NCBI GenBank assembly: GCA_963848595.1
Contig: CAWKEH010000007.1
Coordinates: 53,231-117,230 of the forward strand
From: an uncultured Alphaproteobacteria bacterium
GTDB lineage: Bacteria > Pseudomonadota > Alphaproteobacteria > Acetobacterales > Acetobacteraceae
Reading direction: 5' to 3'
Length of the DNA: 64,000 nucleotides
Both the position numbers and the translations under genes were made by a program. Under the pieces are notes generated by a model. It made no database searches, was not told where the DNA came from, and saw nothing but the letters and a program-made list of their open reading frames with translations. Positions 9,699 through 20,640 of this stretch are shown piece by piece. Positions within the stretch are counted from its first letter, which is position 1; each line of letters opens with the position of its first letter.

Positions 9699-10532
9699 TC
9701 AGCTCTCGATGAAAGTCAGGAGATCGGCGTTGATGGTTTCGGCCTGGGTGGTCGGCATGCCGTGCGGGAAGCCCTTGTAGGTCTTCAGCGTGCCGTTCTT
9801 CAGCAGCTTGGCTGACAGCGGCCCGGCGTCGGCGTAGGGAACGATCTGGTCGTCCTCGCTGTGCATCACCAGCACCGGCACGCCGATCTTCCGCAGATCG
9901 GCGGTGAAATCGGTCTGCGAGAAAGCGACGATGCCGTCGTAGTGGGCCTTGGCGCCGCCCATCATGCCCTGGCGCCACCAGTTCTGGATGATGGCCCCCG
10001 AGGCCTTCGCGCCCGGCCGATCGTAGTTGTAGAAGGGACCGGCAGCGATAGCGTGGTAGAACTCCGAGCGGTTGGCCGCGAGCTGGGCCTGGAAGCCGTC
10101 GAAGACGTCCTTGGGCAGACCTCCCGGATTGGCCGCGGTCTTCACCATCAACGGCGGCACCGCGCTGATGATCGCGGCCTTCGCCACCCGGCCCTCGCCG
10201 TGCCGCGCGAGGTAGCGCACCACTTCGCCGCCGCCGGTCGAGTGGCCGACATGGATCGCGTCCTCGAGACCGAGATGCGCCGTGACCGCGGCGAGGTCGT
10301 CGGCGTAGTGATCCATGTCGTGGCCCTCGCCGACCTGTGACGAGCGGCCATGGCCGCGGCGGTCGTGGGCGATGACGCGGTAGCCCTTGCCGAGGAAGAA
10401 CAGCATCTGCGCGTCCCAGTCGTCGGCCGACAGAGGCCACCCGTGGCTGAACACAATGGGTTGCCCCTTGCCCCAGTCCTTGTAAAAGATCTCCACGCCG
10501 TCTCTCGTCGTGACTGTAGCCATCGGTACCAT
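9699..10532 (-). CDS. alpha/beta hydrolase (non-haem chloroperoxidase-like)
   Basis: 277-aa ORF with [12 protein letters not shown], the nucleophile elbow GHSTGGGE and a C-terminal HG, typical of this subfamily. The start may be the MATVTT Met at 10523. Confidence 0.85.
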   Translation of the reverse strand: MVPMATVTTRDGVEIFYKDWGKGQPIVFSHGWPLSADDWDAQMLFFLGKGYRVIAHDRRGHGRSSQVGEGHDMDHYADDLAAVTAHLGLEDAIHVGHSTGGGEVVRYLARHGEGRVAKAAIISAVPPLMVKTAANPGGLPKDVFDGFQAQLAANRSEFYHAIAAGPFYNYDRPGAKASGAIIQNWWRQGMMGGAKAHYDGIVAFSQTDFTADLRKIGVPVLVMHSEDDQIVPYADAGPLSAKLLKNGTLKTYKGFPHGMPTTQAETINADLLTFIES

Positions 10533-10680
10533 CTCCGCTGTTGGTGCGAGCTACCGGACCGCTTTGCGATCGGCTCGCGTCTTCTGCTTTTGCCGCAATT
10601 GCGACGTTCGGCGACGGTGCTGAAGCCGCACCCGCCGCGGCAACGCCGCCGATCAGGACGTCGCGGCGACGGTCGGTCAC

Positions 10681-12378
10681 TCAGCTCGAAGCGACCGAGC
10701 GGTCGAGGAAGTCGTGTATCATCGGCGCCATGACGTCGAGCTTATCTTCGAGGGCGAAGTGCCCAGTGTCCAGCAGGTGCAACTCGGCCTTGGGGAGGTC
10801 GCGCAGGTAAGGACCGGCCCCCGCCGCCGGAAAGATCTTGTCGTTCTTGCCCCATACGATCAGTGTTGGTGGCTGATACTTGCGAAAGAATGCCTGGAAT
10901 TCCGGGTAAAGCGGCACGTTCGTGCCATAGTCGTAGAAGAGATCGAGCTGTATGTCTCTGTTGCCGGGCCGATCCAGCAGGGCTTGGTCGTGCACCCAGT
11001 TGTCCGGACTGATGTGCGACACGTCGCTCACGCCGTCGGTGTATTGGAACTTCGTGGTCTCTGGCGCCACCAAGAAGTCGAGCGCCCGCCGATGCGCCTC
11101 CGACCCGTCCGCCCAGTACGCCTTGATGGGATCCCAGAATGCCTCGAGCCCCTCGGCATAGGCGTTCCCGTTCTGCACGATCAACGCAGTGACACGCTCG
11201 GGGTGCAGCAATGCCAGGCGGTAGCCGACGGGTGCGCCGTAATCCATGACGTACATGGCATAGCGCGTGGCCCCGAGGTGCTGCAGCAGCGCGTCCACGA
11301 GGCTCGCGTAGTGCGCAAAGGTATAGGAGAATTGCGTGTGGTCAGGCGCGGCGCTCTGGCCGAAGCCCGGGTAGTCCGGCGCGATCACGTGATAGCGGTC
11401 CGCCAACGCCGGGATCAGGTTTCGGAACATGTGCGACGATGTCGGAAAGCCGTGCAGCAGGACCACGACCGGGCCGGTCGATGGGCCAGCTTCCCGATAG
11501 AACAAACTGATTCCGTCAACGGTCGCGGTCCTGTAGTGCGTCACGTTCCCTGTCTCCTGCAAAGGTGGCTGCGCACGTGCGGTCGTGAGTCCCGCATCGG
11601 CGGCGACGCAGGTCAGGAGAGTGACGGCAGCTGCGACTGCGAGCCTCCTGCGGGTCATCTCCGGGTCCTCTCCTTCGGGCACGAGCCGTGGATCCAGCGC
11701 GGCGCGCGATCCGTTCGTCATCGATGCGCTGCGCTCGCCGGCCCGACCGAGCCTCGGGTCGAGTTCTCGGTGCGGACCGAACTTGCCCGAGATCAGGGCA
11801 TGAGCGGTGTTAGGTGTTGCTAAGAGCTGCTCAGCAATGTTCAGCGCCATCCCTTCGGCATGCAGGCCTCGCTTGGCCCCGAACGGACCGGCTATCGCAG
11901 TGCCTCGTGAAAGCCCGGCATGTTCCGCGCCAACAGCCGTCTCTGCGGGGGCGCCGTCGAAAGCCGGCGGGATGGGGTGAGTTTTCCTGACGGCAACCTG
12001 CTGTTCCGCAGCGTCCGCGGTGACGACAGGAGCGACGAAGCAGTAGCCCCGGCCCGGGATGTTGGCGATGTATCGAATCCGATCTGGTCGGCATCCTAGG
12101 GATTTCCGCAAGGCCGTCAGGTGCACGCGCGGAGTGCCTGGGCTTACCCTGACGTCGGCCCACACACGGGCGATGAGCTCGTCATGCCGGACGACTTGCC
12201 CCGCGCGCTGCACGAGTAGGGCCAGGATGTCGAAGGCCCGACTGCCAAGCGGGACCGGAAGGCCATGCCGCTGCAGTGATCGCTCCGTCAGGTTGAGTCG
12301 GAACGGGCCGAAGACGAACGTCCGGATGCCCGAGGCGTCGGGCGAAGCAGCGTCTGGCCGCCGGCTGGTCTGCTCCAT
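10681..12378 (-). CDS. OmpR/CadC-type winged-helix DNA-binding domain fused in frame to a TM/signal segment and an alpha/beta hydrolase domain
   Basis: Residues ~20-118 look like a wHTH ([34 protein letters not shown]...GRGYCF). Residue 241 onward is [24 protein letters not shown] followed by an alpha/beta hydrolase ([17 protein letters not shown]). There is no in-frame stop between the two parts. Confidence 0.6.
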   Translation of the reverse strand: MEQTSRRPDAASPDASGIRTFVFGPFRLNLTERSLQRHGLPVPLGSRAFDILALLVQRAGQVVRHDELIARVWADVRVSPGTPRVHLTALRKSLGCRPDRIRYIANIPGRGYCFVAPVVTADAAEQQVAVRKTHPIPPAFDGAPAETAVGAEHAGLSRGTAIAGPFGAKRGLHAEGMALNIAEQLLATPNTAHALISGKFGPHRELDPRLGRAGERSASMTNGSRAALDPRLVPEGEDPEMTRRRLAVAAAVTLLTCVAADAGLTTARAQPPLQETGNVTHYRTATVDGISLFYREAGPSTGPVVVLLHGFPTSSHMFRNLIPALADRYHVIAPDYPGFGQSAAPDHTQFSYTFAHYASLVDALLQHLGATRYAMYVMDYGAPVGYRLALLHPERVTALIVQNGNAYAEGLEAFWDPIKAYWADGSEAHRRALDFLVAPETTKFQYTDGVSDVSHISPDNWVHDQALLDRPGNRDIQLDLFYDYGTNVPLYPEFQAFFRKYQPPTLIVWGKNDKIFPAAGAGPYLRDLPKAELHLLDTGHFALEDKLDVMAPMIHDFLDRSVASS

Positions 12379-12722
12379 GGTCAGCCTCCGATGCCAATGG
12401 CTGCATAGCGAAGCCGGCTATGTAACCATGCGGTGACTGCATTCACTGTCTGCCTGTCAATCCGGTCAGTCAAGTAATTTGATGGGGGGTGCGCCGCGGC
12501 GCGTACAGCCACTTTGACGAAACCGATCCTGCCAACAGCAGCCCAGCCAATCGGCTCAGGAACGTAATCGATGCTGGCCAGGCCCCTCACCAAGAACCCT
12601 CCTCCATTGGCCCTCGCCAGTGCGCTCGGGCACGTGCGCATCCTTCGGTTCATGCATGCTTTGCGCCCGTGAGATCAGCGTGTTATGTATGCAGTCATTG
12701 AGGGGACATTCGCGATCGGTGA

Positions 12723-14117
12723 TTGGAAACGATGATGAGTGATTGGGTGCCAAGCCTGGGCGGCGGCTCGAAGCCTCGCTACATCGCCATAGCGGAGGCG
12801 ATCCAAGGTGACCTGGCCAAAGGCCGGCTGCTCCCCGCCCAGCGGTTGCCCGCACAGCGGCAACTGGCCCGTCTGCTCGGCCTGGATTTCACGACAGTGG
12901 CACGGGGCTATGCGGAGGCCCAGCGACGTGGCCTGATCAAGTCCCGCGTCGGAGAAGGCACCTTCGTTTCCGGCTCGCCGACACCTGGCAACGGGCCGGG
13001 CGCACGCGTCGAGGCCGGCGACTTCTCGATGAACATGCCCCCGGAGCCCGGCGACGTGGCGCTCTGGACCAGGCTTGGCTCCGGTTTGGAACCGATGGCC
13101 CACGATCTCGCGCGCGTGCTCCGCTACCAGCGCTTCGGCGGGACAGACGCCGACAAGCAGGCGGCCGTCGACTGGCTGGGTCGGCGCGGTGTCGCAGCGG
13201 GGCTAGACAGGGTCTTCGTTGTCCCCGGTGCCCATGCGGCGTTGCTGGCCGCGCTGACGATCCTGTCGGGCCGGGAGCACGGGGTCGTTCTGGCGGAGGC
13301 GCTCACCTACCCCGGCGTGAAGGCGATCGCGGAGCAGCTTGGTCTCGAACTGGTCGGGCTCCCGACCGATCAACACGGGCTGTTGCCCGGCGCGTTCAGC
13401 GAGGCATGCCGCCGCCACAAGCCGAAGGCGCTCTACCTGAACCCGACGCTCTCCAACCCCACGACGCGGACAATCCCGATCGAGCGCCGACGGGAGATCG
13501 CCGCGATCGCTCGAACCAACGGGATTCAGATCCTGGAGGACGATCCCTACGGGGTGATCCCCATCGAAGCCCCGCCGGCTTTTGCATCGGTGGCACCCGA
13601 CGTGACCTGGCATGTTGCGACACTGTCGAAGTGTCTTGGAGCAGGACTGCGCGTCGCCTACGTCGTCGTGCCCGACGCACGTTCCGGCTGGAATTTCGCA
13701 GCCGCCGTCCGGACGGCGAACGTCATGGTCTCGCCGATCACAGCGACACTGGCGACGCGATGGATCAAGGATGGAACCGCGGACGCGCTCTTGGCCGCCA
13801 TTCGGGCGGAATCCCGCGAACGCCAAACCTTGGTCGCGACGATCTTGCCGAGCGATCTCGTCACGACTGACCCTGCCGCGTTCCATTTCTGGCTGACCCT
13901 GCCGCCCCGATGGAGCCGGTCCGCGTTCGTGGGGCACATGGCTTCGAGCGGCCTCGGTGTCGTCGCGAGCGACGTATTCGGGACGGGCAACTCTCTTCCG
14001 GAAGCCGTCCGCATCTGTCTCGGTGGACCAGCCCCGCGCTCCGCCGTCCAGACCGCACTCGAATTTGCCGCACATGCCCTGTCCGAGTCCCCGACCCGTG
14101 CGGCCAGCTTCCTGTAG
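12723..14117 (+). CDS. MocR/PdxR-like GntR-family regulator with PLP-dependent aminotransferase domain
   Basis: N-terminal GntR-type HTH (RLPAQRQLARLLGLDFTTVARGYAEAQRRGLI) followed by an aminotransferase-like domain (TLSKCLGAGLRVAY). An ATG at 12732 is an alternative start. Confidence 0.8.
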   Translation: METMMSDWVPSLGGGSKPRYIAIAEAIQGDLAKGRLLPAQRLPAQRQLARLLGLDFTTVARGYAEAQRRGLIKSRVGEGTFVSGSPTPGNGPGARVEAGDFSMNMPPEPGDVALWTRLGSGLEPMAHDLARVLRYQRFGGTDADKQAAVDWLGRRGVAAGLDRVFVVPGAHAALLAALTILSGREHGVVLAEALTYPGVKAIAEQLGLELVGLPTDQHGLLPGAFSEACRRHKPKALYLNPTLSNPTTRTIPIERRREIAAIARTNGIQILEDDPYGVIPIEAPPAFASVAPDVTWHVATLSKCLGAGLRVAYVVVPDARSGWNFAAAVRTANVMVSPITATLATRWIKDGTADALLAAIRAESRERQTLVATILPSDLVTTDPAAFHFWLTLPPRWSRSAFVGHMASSGLGVVASDVFGTGNSLPEAVRICLGGPAPRSAVQTALEFAAHALSESPTRAASFL

Positions 14118-14304
14118 CGCCTTTACCGCAGGCTAGGCATGATCTTTGTAGGTCGAGAGCTGGGCAACAGGGCGATACCAAACGCACCGTAACAACACTT
14201 AGCACCGCGGCAGAAAGAGAACAGACCTAACTTATGCCCCGGCCGGAAAACGGACTGCAGGTCACCTCTCGTCTCAGGTCACGCGCCATATTACGGTATA
14301 GTCT

Positions 14305-14532
14305 ATGCCTCAGACCGTTCGCATCCCTATACCGGTGTCTCCCGAAGCTGCCGCAGCTCTGAGTGGTGAAGACAGGCTGCGTGAGGTTGGGCAGCTCGTG
14401 TCGGCGCTCGTTCTTCGAACTCCAGTTGCCGCGCAAGAACTCTCCGCGGACAGTAACTTCTTAGCTCTGTTGCTGCAGACCCGAGCTGAACTTGCGGAGT
14501 GGAAGCGCGAGCGTGCGTGTCGTCGTCGTTGA
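14305..14532 (+). CDS. small hypothetical protein, possible antitoxin of a decayed PIN toxin-antitoxin pair
   Basis: 75-aa ORF in a less GC-rich patch. Its 3' end overlaps the start of a PIN-like N-terminal remnant in another frame. Confidence 0.4.
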   Translation: MPQTVRIPIPVSPEAAAALSGEDRLREVGQLVSALVLRTPVAAQELSADSNFLALLLQTRAELAEWKRERACRRR

Positions 14533-14647
14533 CGCAAACCTTGTCGTCAGTGCCGCGCTGAAATCTGCGTTAACGCTCGCATTACCCCTGTTGGCCGCGA
14601 CGCCCGAGCGTCAGCCGGAGAACCCGCTTGCTGCGCCTCGCACGTAG
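14513..14647 (+). pseudogene. truncated PIN-domain toxin remnant
   Basis: A GTG-initiated frame reads VRVVVVDANLVVSAALKS, the classic PIN N-terminal strand with its catalytic Asp. It degenerates after that and stops after 44 aa. Confidence 0.4.
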
Positions 14648-14680
14648 CTGCATGGTGTCCCCAAAACACAGGGGGGAGAG

Positions 14681-15617
14681 TTGACCATGCTCCGCATCAT
14701 CGGTTTCCTCGCGGCCGCAGCAGTCGCCTCGCTTCCAGCTGCCAGGGCGCAGAGCGCTAACCAGGAGCTGCGGGAGGACCTGAAGATCAATCCGAACGTT
14801 CCAGTCATCTCCGACGTCGCCTTCCCCTCGCTCGCCTCGCCTCCCCTGACCATCGCCGGGCAGCTGCGGGTGCCGGCGACGGGCGCGGACAAGTATCCCG
14901 CGGTGGTGATCGTCCACGGCTCCGCGGGCATAGACAGCCGCAACAAGTTCTACGCCGATGCCCTCAACCTCGCCGGCATCGCCACGCTGGAGATCGATAT
15001 GTGGGCGGCGCGCGGCTGGCTCGGCGGCGTCACCGGCCGCCCGGCTGGCGTGCCCGAGACGCTGCCGGACGCCTACGGGGCGCTGAAGTTCCTGGCCGGG
15101 CTGCCGCACATCGATGCATCGCGCATTGGCATCACGGGATTCTCGTGGGGCGGCGTCGTGACCATGCTAACCGCGACCGCGCCCTACACGAACCAATACA
15201 CCGGCGGCGCGCTGAAATTCGCCGCCCACGCGGCGAACTACCCGGTGTGCTGGGTCTATAACCACGTGCCGGGCTACGAGTTCAGCGCGTTCACCGGGGC
15301 GCCAGTGTTCATCCAGGCCGGCCAACTCGACCAATATGATCGTCCCGACTTCGTGCCCCGACCTCGTCGCGTCGCTCACCCCCTACGACCGGACGTTCAT
15401 CTCCGCCGTGGTCTATCCGGGGGCAACCCATGCCTGGGATCGCCTGCAGCCGGCGGAGACCGTGACCGACCCCTATTCCCACCTGGGCCAGGGCGGCCAG
15501 GTCGAGTTCGTGCCCAATCCTCCCGTCGCGGCGGTGTCCCGTGCCGCGACCGTGGAGTTCTTCGAGCGCGCCTTCGGCCTCCAGCCGAACCCTCCAGACG
15601 GCAAAGCAGGCGAGTAG
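14681..15617 (+). pseudogene. dienelactone hydrolase family protein (secreted), frameshifted near 15336-15352
   Basis: Signal peptide, then VVIVHGSAGID and GFSWGG in the frame of ORF 14681. The C-terminal part (CPDLVASL...YPGATHAWD) lies in the frame of ORF 15336..15617. Confidence 0.7.
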
Positions 15618-15637
15618 CCCAATCGGGGCGCCCCGGC

Positions 15638-16105
15638 GTGAGCGGTCGCGAATACCCGGCGCGTCCCCTGGTCGGGATCGGCGTCATCGTCCTCCGGCCC
15701 GACGCGGTGCTGCTGGTCCGGCGGGGCCGCGCGCCGGCGCTCGGCGAGTGGAGCGTGCCCGGCGGCGCGCAGAAGCTCGGCGAGACCGCGGTGGAGGCAG
15801 CCCGGCGCGAGCTCATGGAGGAGACGGGCCTCGCCGTCGGAGCGCTCCACCTCGTCGCGCACGTGGACAGCATCCATCACGACGCCGAGGGGCGCATCCA
15901 ATTCCACTACACGATCCTGGACTTCGCGGCCCATTGGCAGAGCGGCGATCCGTGGGCGCAGGGCGACGTGACCGATGCGCGCTTCGTGCCGTTCGAGACC
16001 TTGGAGAGCCTGAGCCTCTGGAGCGAGGCGGTGCGCGCGATCGCGGCGGCGCGCCGCCTGCTCAGCTCCGACGCCGGTGCGAGCGGGAAGGCGGGCGGGA
16101 GTTGA
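15638..16105 (+). CDS. NUDIX hydrolase
   Basis: Nudix box GGAQKLGETAVEAARRELMEETGL. A GTG start at 15638 is in the same frame as the read-through of the upstream broken gene. Confidence 0.8.
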   Translation: MSGREYPARPLVGIGVIVLRPDAVLLVRRGRAPALGEWSVPGGAQKLGETAVEAARRELMEETGLAVGALHLVAHVDSIHHDAEGRIQFHYTILDFAAHWQSGDPWAQGDVTDARFVPFETLESLSLWSEAVRAIAAARRLLSSDAGASGKAGGS

Positions 16106-16358
16106 GCGTGAGTGCTGCGCCCCCGCACACGAGGCCGAACGCCGCCGGCAGCAGCCAGACAGGGCGGATGAGCAGCGGCTTCTCGACCCACTCCCACATC
16201 CAGTCGGCCGTATGCTGCGGCAGCCACACCAGCCAGTCGTGATTCAGGAGGGCGAGGCCCTGGGCGAGATCCAAATCGTCCGGCACCAGCGCCGCGAGGG
16301 CGAACGCCGTCACGAGCAGGGCCGCGGCCAGCACCGCGAAGATGCGCGACGCCAGCAT
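16062..16358 (-). CDS. small hypothetical membrane protein
   Basis: The internal Met of ORF 16062..16511 gives ~98 aa with two hydrophobic segments. The upstream part of that ORF is actually the tRNA-Lys gene. Confidence 0.35.
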   Translation of the reverse strand: MLASRIFAVLAAALLVTAFALAALVPDDLDLAQGLALLNHDWLVWLPQHTADWMWEWVEKPLLIRPVWLLPAAFGLVCGGAALTLNSRPPSRSHRRRS

Positions 16359-16453
16359 CACCTGACGAGAGCCTCGGGCTCTTCTGCCCGTTCGGGCAGA
16401 TACCAGGATGGCCGTCGCAAGAAGATCATCACGGTCTCTCTCTACCACGCTCG

Positions 16454-16526
16454 TAGGCCCGGCGGGACTCGAACCCGCGACCCCAAGATTAAAAGTCTCG
16501 TGCTCTACCAACTGAGCTACAGGCCC
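16454..16526 (-). tRNA. tRNA-Lys (anticodon UUU)
   Basis: The reverse complement reads GGGCCTGTAGCTCAGTTGGTAGAGCACGAGACTTTTAATCTTGGGGTCGCGGGTTCGAGTCCCGCCGGGCCTA. The anticodon loop is CTTTTAA and no CCA is encoded. Confidence 0.88.
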
Positions 16527-16581
16527 AGGCCGGTTAGAGCGCCGCGCGGCCTACTTGGTCAAGCCGGACCGCGCCGAACGG

Positions 16582-17136
16582 TCAGCTCCCCTCGTCGGCG
16601 GCGACGCGCATCTTAACGATGCGGTCAGGGTCCTGCACCATGCCGTTGGGACCGCTGCCCTTCTTAATGTCCCTGACATACTCCATGCCCTGAACCACCT
16701 GGCCCCAGATGGTGTATTGCCCGTCGAGCGACGGCGCGGGGTCGAGGCAGATGAAGAACTGGCTGTTCGCGCTGTTCGGGTCGCTCGTGCGCGCCATGCC
16801 GCAGGTGCCGGTCAGGAACCGCGCCTTGTTCGTGAACTCGGCGGGCAGGTCCGGCAGCTTGCTGCCGCCCGTGCCCGTCCCGGTCGGGTCGCCGCCCTGG
16901 GCCATGAAGCCGGCTATCACGCGATGGAACGGCGTGTTGTCGTAGAAGTGCTGCGCGCAGAGCGTCTTGATGCGCTCGACGTGCTTGGGCGCCAGCTCCG
17001 GGAGCAGCTTGATGACGACGCGGCCATACTTGATGTCCATGTAGATCGTGTTCTGCGGGTCGAGCGTGCCTTGGGCGTTCGCGTCTGACATGGCGGCTCC
17101 GATCAGGGCTGTGAGAAGGAGGTAGCGGCGCTGCAT
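16582..17136 (-). CDS. peptidyl-prolyl cis-trans isomerase, cyclophilin type, with signal peptide
   Basis: Cyclophilin motifs FHRVIAGFMAQGGDP and SANSQFFI, with an N-terminal signal MQRRYLLLTALIGAAMSDANA. Confidence 0.88.
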   Translation of the reverse strand: MQRRYLLLTALIGAAMSDANAQGTLDPQNTIYMDIKYGRVVIKLLPELAPKHVERIKTLCAQHFYDNTPFHRVIAGFMAQGGDPTGTGTGGSKLPDLPAEFTNKARFLTGTCGMARTSDPNSANSQFFICLDPAPSLDGQYTIWGQVVQGMEYVRDIKKGSGPNGMVQDPDRIVKMRVAADEGS

Positions 17137-17213
17137 CGTTCTCTCCTTGGGCGGTCTCCCTAGTGGCCACTTGGGCTGGCCGCCCGGGTTCAAGCAGGTC
17201 TTGCGCGCCAGGG

Positions 17214-17726
17214 CTAGCCTGGTTCACCCCGTCGCACCTTGTTGAGCACGCGCTCCAAGGTGAGCGGCGGCACGAAGGACGACACGTCCCCGCCCAGCCG
17301 CGCAATCTCCTTGACGAGGCTCGACGAGATGAACTGGTGGCGCTCGCTGGCCATCAGGAACACGATCTCGATCTCCGGGTCGAGGCGGTAGTTCATGCCC
17401 GCCATCTGGAACTCGTAGTCGAAGTCCGTCACCGCGCGCAGGCCGCGGATGATGACCTGCGCGCCCGCTTGCCGCGCGAACTGGACGAGCAAGCCCTGGA
17501 AGCTCACGACCTCGATCGCGGTGCCCGTGCGCCGGGCGATGAGGTCCGCCTCGGCGCGGACGAGCTCGACGCGCTCGTCGAGCGTGAACAGCGGTCCCTT
17601 GCCCACGCTCTCGGCGACGCCGATGACGAGCCGGTCGAGCACGCGCGCCGCGCGGCCGATGATGTCGATGTGCCCGTTCGTGATCGGATCGAACGTGCCG
17701 GGATAGACGCCGGCGCGCTCAGGCAT
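17214..17726 (-). CDS. coaD: phosphopantetheine adenylyltransferase
   Basis: [18 protein letters not shown] nucleotidyltransferase signature, ~170 aa, and an 8-nt overlap with the gyrA stop. Confidence 0.93.
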   Translation of the reverse strand: MPERAGVYPGTFDPITNGHIDIIGRAARVLDRLVIGVAESVGKGPLFTLDERVELVRAEADLIARRTGTAIEVVSFQGLLVQFARQAGAQVIIRGLRAVTDFDYEFQMAGMNYRLDPEIEIVFLMASERHQFISSSLVKEIARLGGDVSSFVPPLTLERVLNKVRRGEPG

Positions 17727-20481
17727 CGTCGCTCTCGGGGGGGGTCTCGGGAACGATCTCCGGGACGCCCTCGCCGTCCGGGTCCACCACGAGCGACACG
17801 GTGGTCACGTGCTCGCCCTCGCCGACCCGGAACAGCATCACGCCCTGGCTCGCCCGGCCCGTGACGCGCACCTGGTCCACGGGCACGCGGATCAGGCGCC
17901 CGGCATCGGTCACGAGCATCACGTCGTCGCCGTCGCGGACCGGGAAGCTCGCCACGACGGCGGCGCCGTTGCCGTTGCGCGCGGCGAGCAGGATGTTGGT
18001 GATCCCCTGCCCGCCCCGGCCCGTCACGCGATAGTCGTAGGCCGACGACCGCTTGCCCAAGCCGCCGCTGGTCACGGTGAGCAGGATCTCCTCCTGCTCC
18101 GCCAGCTCCGCGACCCGCTCGGGCGGGAGCGTTATGTCGGCGACCTGCTCCCCCAGCTCCTCGGCCTCCGCAGCCACCTCGGCAGCGGGCTCGACGGAGG
18201 CCTCCTCCTCCACCCGGCGCCGGGCCTGGCGCAGGAAGGCGGCGCGCTCCTCCGTGGTGGCGTCCACGTGGCGCAGGATGGAGAGGCTGATCACCTCGTC
18301 CCTGCGTCCCAGCCGGATGCCGCGCACGCCCGAGCTGTCGCGCCCGCTGAACACGCGGAGTGCGTCGCTGGTCGCCTGGAACCGGATCGCCCGGCCCAGC
18401 TTTGTGGCGAGCAGCACGTCGTCGCCCTCGCGGCAGGTCGCGACGCCAATGAGGCGGTCGCCCTCATCAAGCTTCATGGCGATGAGGCCAGAGGCGCGCA
18501 CGTTGCGGAAGTCGGAGAGCTTGTTGCGCCGCACGCCGCCGCTCGTCGTCGCGAAGACGAGGTGCAGCCCCTCCCACAGCGTCTCGTCCTGGGGCAAGGG
18601 CAGCACGGCCGTCACCTCGTCGCCGCCCAGCTCCGGCAGCAGGTTCACGAGCGCCCGGCCCTTCGCCGCCGGGCTGGCCTCGGGCAGGCGCCAGACCTTC
18701 TCGCGATACGCCTTGCCGCCGCTGCTGAAGAACAGGACCCACTGGTGCGTGTGCGCGTTGAAGCTGCGCGTCACCACGTCGTCCCCGCGCGTCGTCGCCG
18801 CACTCCGGCCGCGGCCGCCGCGGTTCTGGGCGCGGAACACGTCGAGCGGCGTCCGCTTGATGAAGCCGTCGCGGGTGATGGTCACGACCATCTGGCCCGG
18901 CTCGATCAAACTCTCCTCGTCCTGGTCGGCGACCGCGTCCACGATCTGGGTGAGGCGCGGCGAGGCCAGCTCGGCGCGGACAGCCAGCATCTCGTCGCGC
19001 ATCACCTCCAGCCGCCGCGGGCGGCTCGCGAGGATGGCGAGCAGCTCCTCGATGCGCGCCGCGACCTCGGCCATCTCGGCCTGAATCTTCTCGCGTTCCA
19101 GCCCGGTGAGGCGTTGCAGGCGCAGGTCCAGGATGCCGCGGGCCTGGGTATCGGTGAGGCGCACGCGGCCGTCCACGACCTGGTTGCCGGTATCGGCCAC
19201 GAGCGCCAGCAGCGGCGCCACGTCGGCGACCGGCCAATCCCGCGCGAGCAGCGCCACCCGCGCCGTAGCCGCATCGGCGCTCGCGCGGATCAGCGCAATC
19301 ACCTCGTCGATGTTCGCGACCGCCAGCGCCAGGCCGATGAGCAGGTGTGCCCGGTCCCGCGCCTTCCCCAGCTCGAAGCGGCTGCGCCGGAGGATCACGT
19401 CCTCGCGGAAGGCGATGAAGCACTGCAGCGCGTCCTTGAGGCCCATCAGGCGCGGCCGCCCCTGGTCGAGCGCCAGCATGTTCACGCTGAATCCGGTCTG
19501 CAGCTGCGTGAAGCGATAGAGCTGGTTGAGCACCACCTCCGGCGTCGCGTCGCGCTTCAGCTCGATCACGATGCGCATGCCGTCGCGGTCGCTCTCGTCG
19601 CGGATGTCGGAGATGCCCTCGACCTGCTTGGCGCGCACCAGCTCGGCGATGCGCTCCTGCAGCGTCGCCTTGTTCACCTGATAGGGGATCTCGGTGACGA
19701 CGATGGCGTCGCGGTCGCGCCTGATCTCCTCGATGCTCGCCTTCGCGCGGAGGATGACGCTCCCGCGCCCGGTCTCGAAGGCGCTGCGGATGCCGGCCCG
19801 GCCCAGGATCAGCCCGCCCGTCGGGAAATCGGGGCCGGGGACGATCTGCATGAGCTGGTCGAGCGAGACGCCGGGCTCGGCGATGATCGCGAGCGTGGCG
19901 TCTATGATCTCGGTCGGGTTATGGGTCGGGATGTTGGTCGCCATGCCCACGGCGATGCCGTTGGCGCCGTTGATCAGCAGGTTCGGGTAGGCGGCGGGCA
20001 GGACACGCGGCTCCTCCGCGCTGTCGTCGTAGTTCGGCCCGAAATCCACCGTGTCCTTGTCGATGTCCGCGAGCAGGTGGGTGCTGGCGCGGGCGAGGCG
20101 GACCTCGGTGTAGCGCATGGCCGCGGGCGGGTCGCCGTCCACGGAGCCGAAATTGCCCTGGCCGTCGATGAGCGGCACGCGCATGGAGAAGGACTGCGCC
20201 ATGCGCACGAGCGCGTCATAGATCGAGGCGTCGCCATGGGGGTGATACTTGCCCATCACGTCGCCGACGACGCGCGCCGACTTGCGGTGCGGCTTGTCCG
20301 CCGTGTAGCCGCTCTCCTGCATGGCGTAGAGGATGCGCCGATGGACGGGCTTGAGCCCGTCGCGGGCGTCCGGCAGCGCGCGGCTGACGATGACGCTCAT
20401 TGCGTAGTCGAGGTAGGAGCGCCGCATCTCCTCCTCGAGCATCACGGGGGGTGATGCCGGCGTCTCTGTGGTATCACTCAC
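17719..20481 (-). CDS. gyrA: DNA gyrase subunit A
   Basis: 920-aa ORF with the N-terminal [27 protein letters not shown], the active-site region AAMRYTE, and C-terminal beta-pinwheel repeats. Confidence 0.96.
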   Translation of the reverse strand: MSDTTETPASPPVMLEEEMRRSYLDYAMSVIVSRALPDARDGLKPVHRRILYAMQESGYTADKPHRKSARVVGDVMGKYHPHGDASIYDALVRMAQSFSMRVPLIDGQGNFGSVDGDPPAAMRYTEVRLARASTHLLADIDKDTVDFGPNYDDSAEEPRVLPAAYPNLLINGANGIAVGMATNIPTHNPTEIIDATLAIIAEPGVSLDQLMQIVPGPDFPTGGLILGRAGIRSAFETGRGSVILRAKASIEEIRRDRDAIVVTEIPYQVNKATLQERIAELVRAKQVEGISDIRDESDRDGMRIVIELKRDATPEVVLNQLYRFTQLQTGFSVNMLALDQGRPRLMGLKDALQCFIAFREDVILRRSRFELGKARDRAHLLIGLALAVANIDEVIALIRASADAATARVALLARDWPVADVAPLLALVADTGNQVVDGRVRLTDTQARGILDLRLQRLTGLEREKIQAEMAEVAARIEELLAILASRPRRLEVMRDEMLAVRAELASPRLTQIVDAVADQDEESLIEPGQMVVTITRDGFIKRTPLDVFRAQNRGGRGRSAATTRGDDVVTRSFNAHTHQWVLFFSSGGKAYREKVWRLPEASPAAKGRALVNLLPELGGDEVTAVLPLPQDETLWEGLHLVFATTSGGVRRNKLSDFRNVRASGLIAMKLDEGDRLIGVATCREGDDVLLATKLGRAIRFQATSDALRVFSGRDSSGVRGIRLGRRDEVISLSILRHVDATTEERAAFLRQARRRVEEEASVEPAAEVAAEAEELGEQVADITLPPERVAELAEQEEILLTVTSGGLGKRSSAYDYRVTGRGGQGITNILLAARNGNGAAVVASFPVRDGDDVMLVTDAGRLIRVPVDQVRVTGRASQGVMLFRVGEGEHVTTVSLVVDPDGEGVPEIVPETPPESDDA

Positions 20482-20534
20482 GATCAGTCTGCCTAGTCCT
20501 GCCTGCTTATGGTCCTACCGAACGGCTAACCCGT

Positions 20535-20640
20535 TCCATCACGCCCGGCCTGGTACCGGGCATCCATGTCTCCGAGATGGAGGAACATACCCTGACGCGG
20601 AGCGCCGAATCTGGCCTCCGCCACGGCATCTTACATGGTG
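20535..20640. repeat. short GC-rich intergenic repeat (family translating as PGLVPGIH)
   Basis: cacgcccggcctggtaccgggcatccatgtc resembles, in inverted orientation, gtcatgcccggactcgatccgagcctccacgac at 31190..31310. Confidence 0.5.

Noticed and set aside
16359-16511. N-terminal part of ORF 16062..16511 (MVEHETFNLGVAGSSPAG...)
   Set aside because: This stretch is the translation of the tRNA-Lys gene, and FNLGVAGSSPAG is a typical tRNA-derived artefact. Only the part downstream of the internal Met was kept, at low confidence.
17809-20454. 881-aa ORF on the plus strand opposite gyrA
   Set aside because: It lies entirely antisense to an unmistakable gyrA. Its composition (Ala/Arg/Gly/His/Asp-rich, no motifs) is typical of a shadow ORF in very GC-rich DNA.
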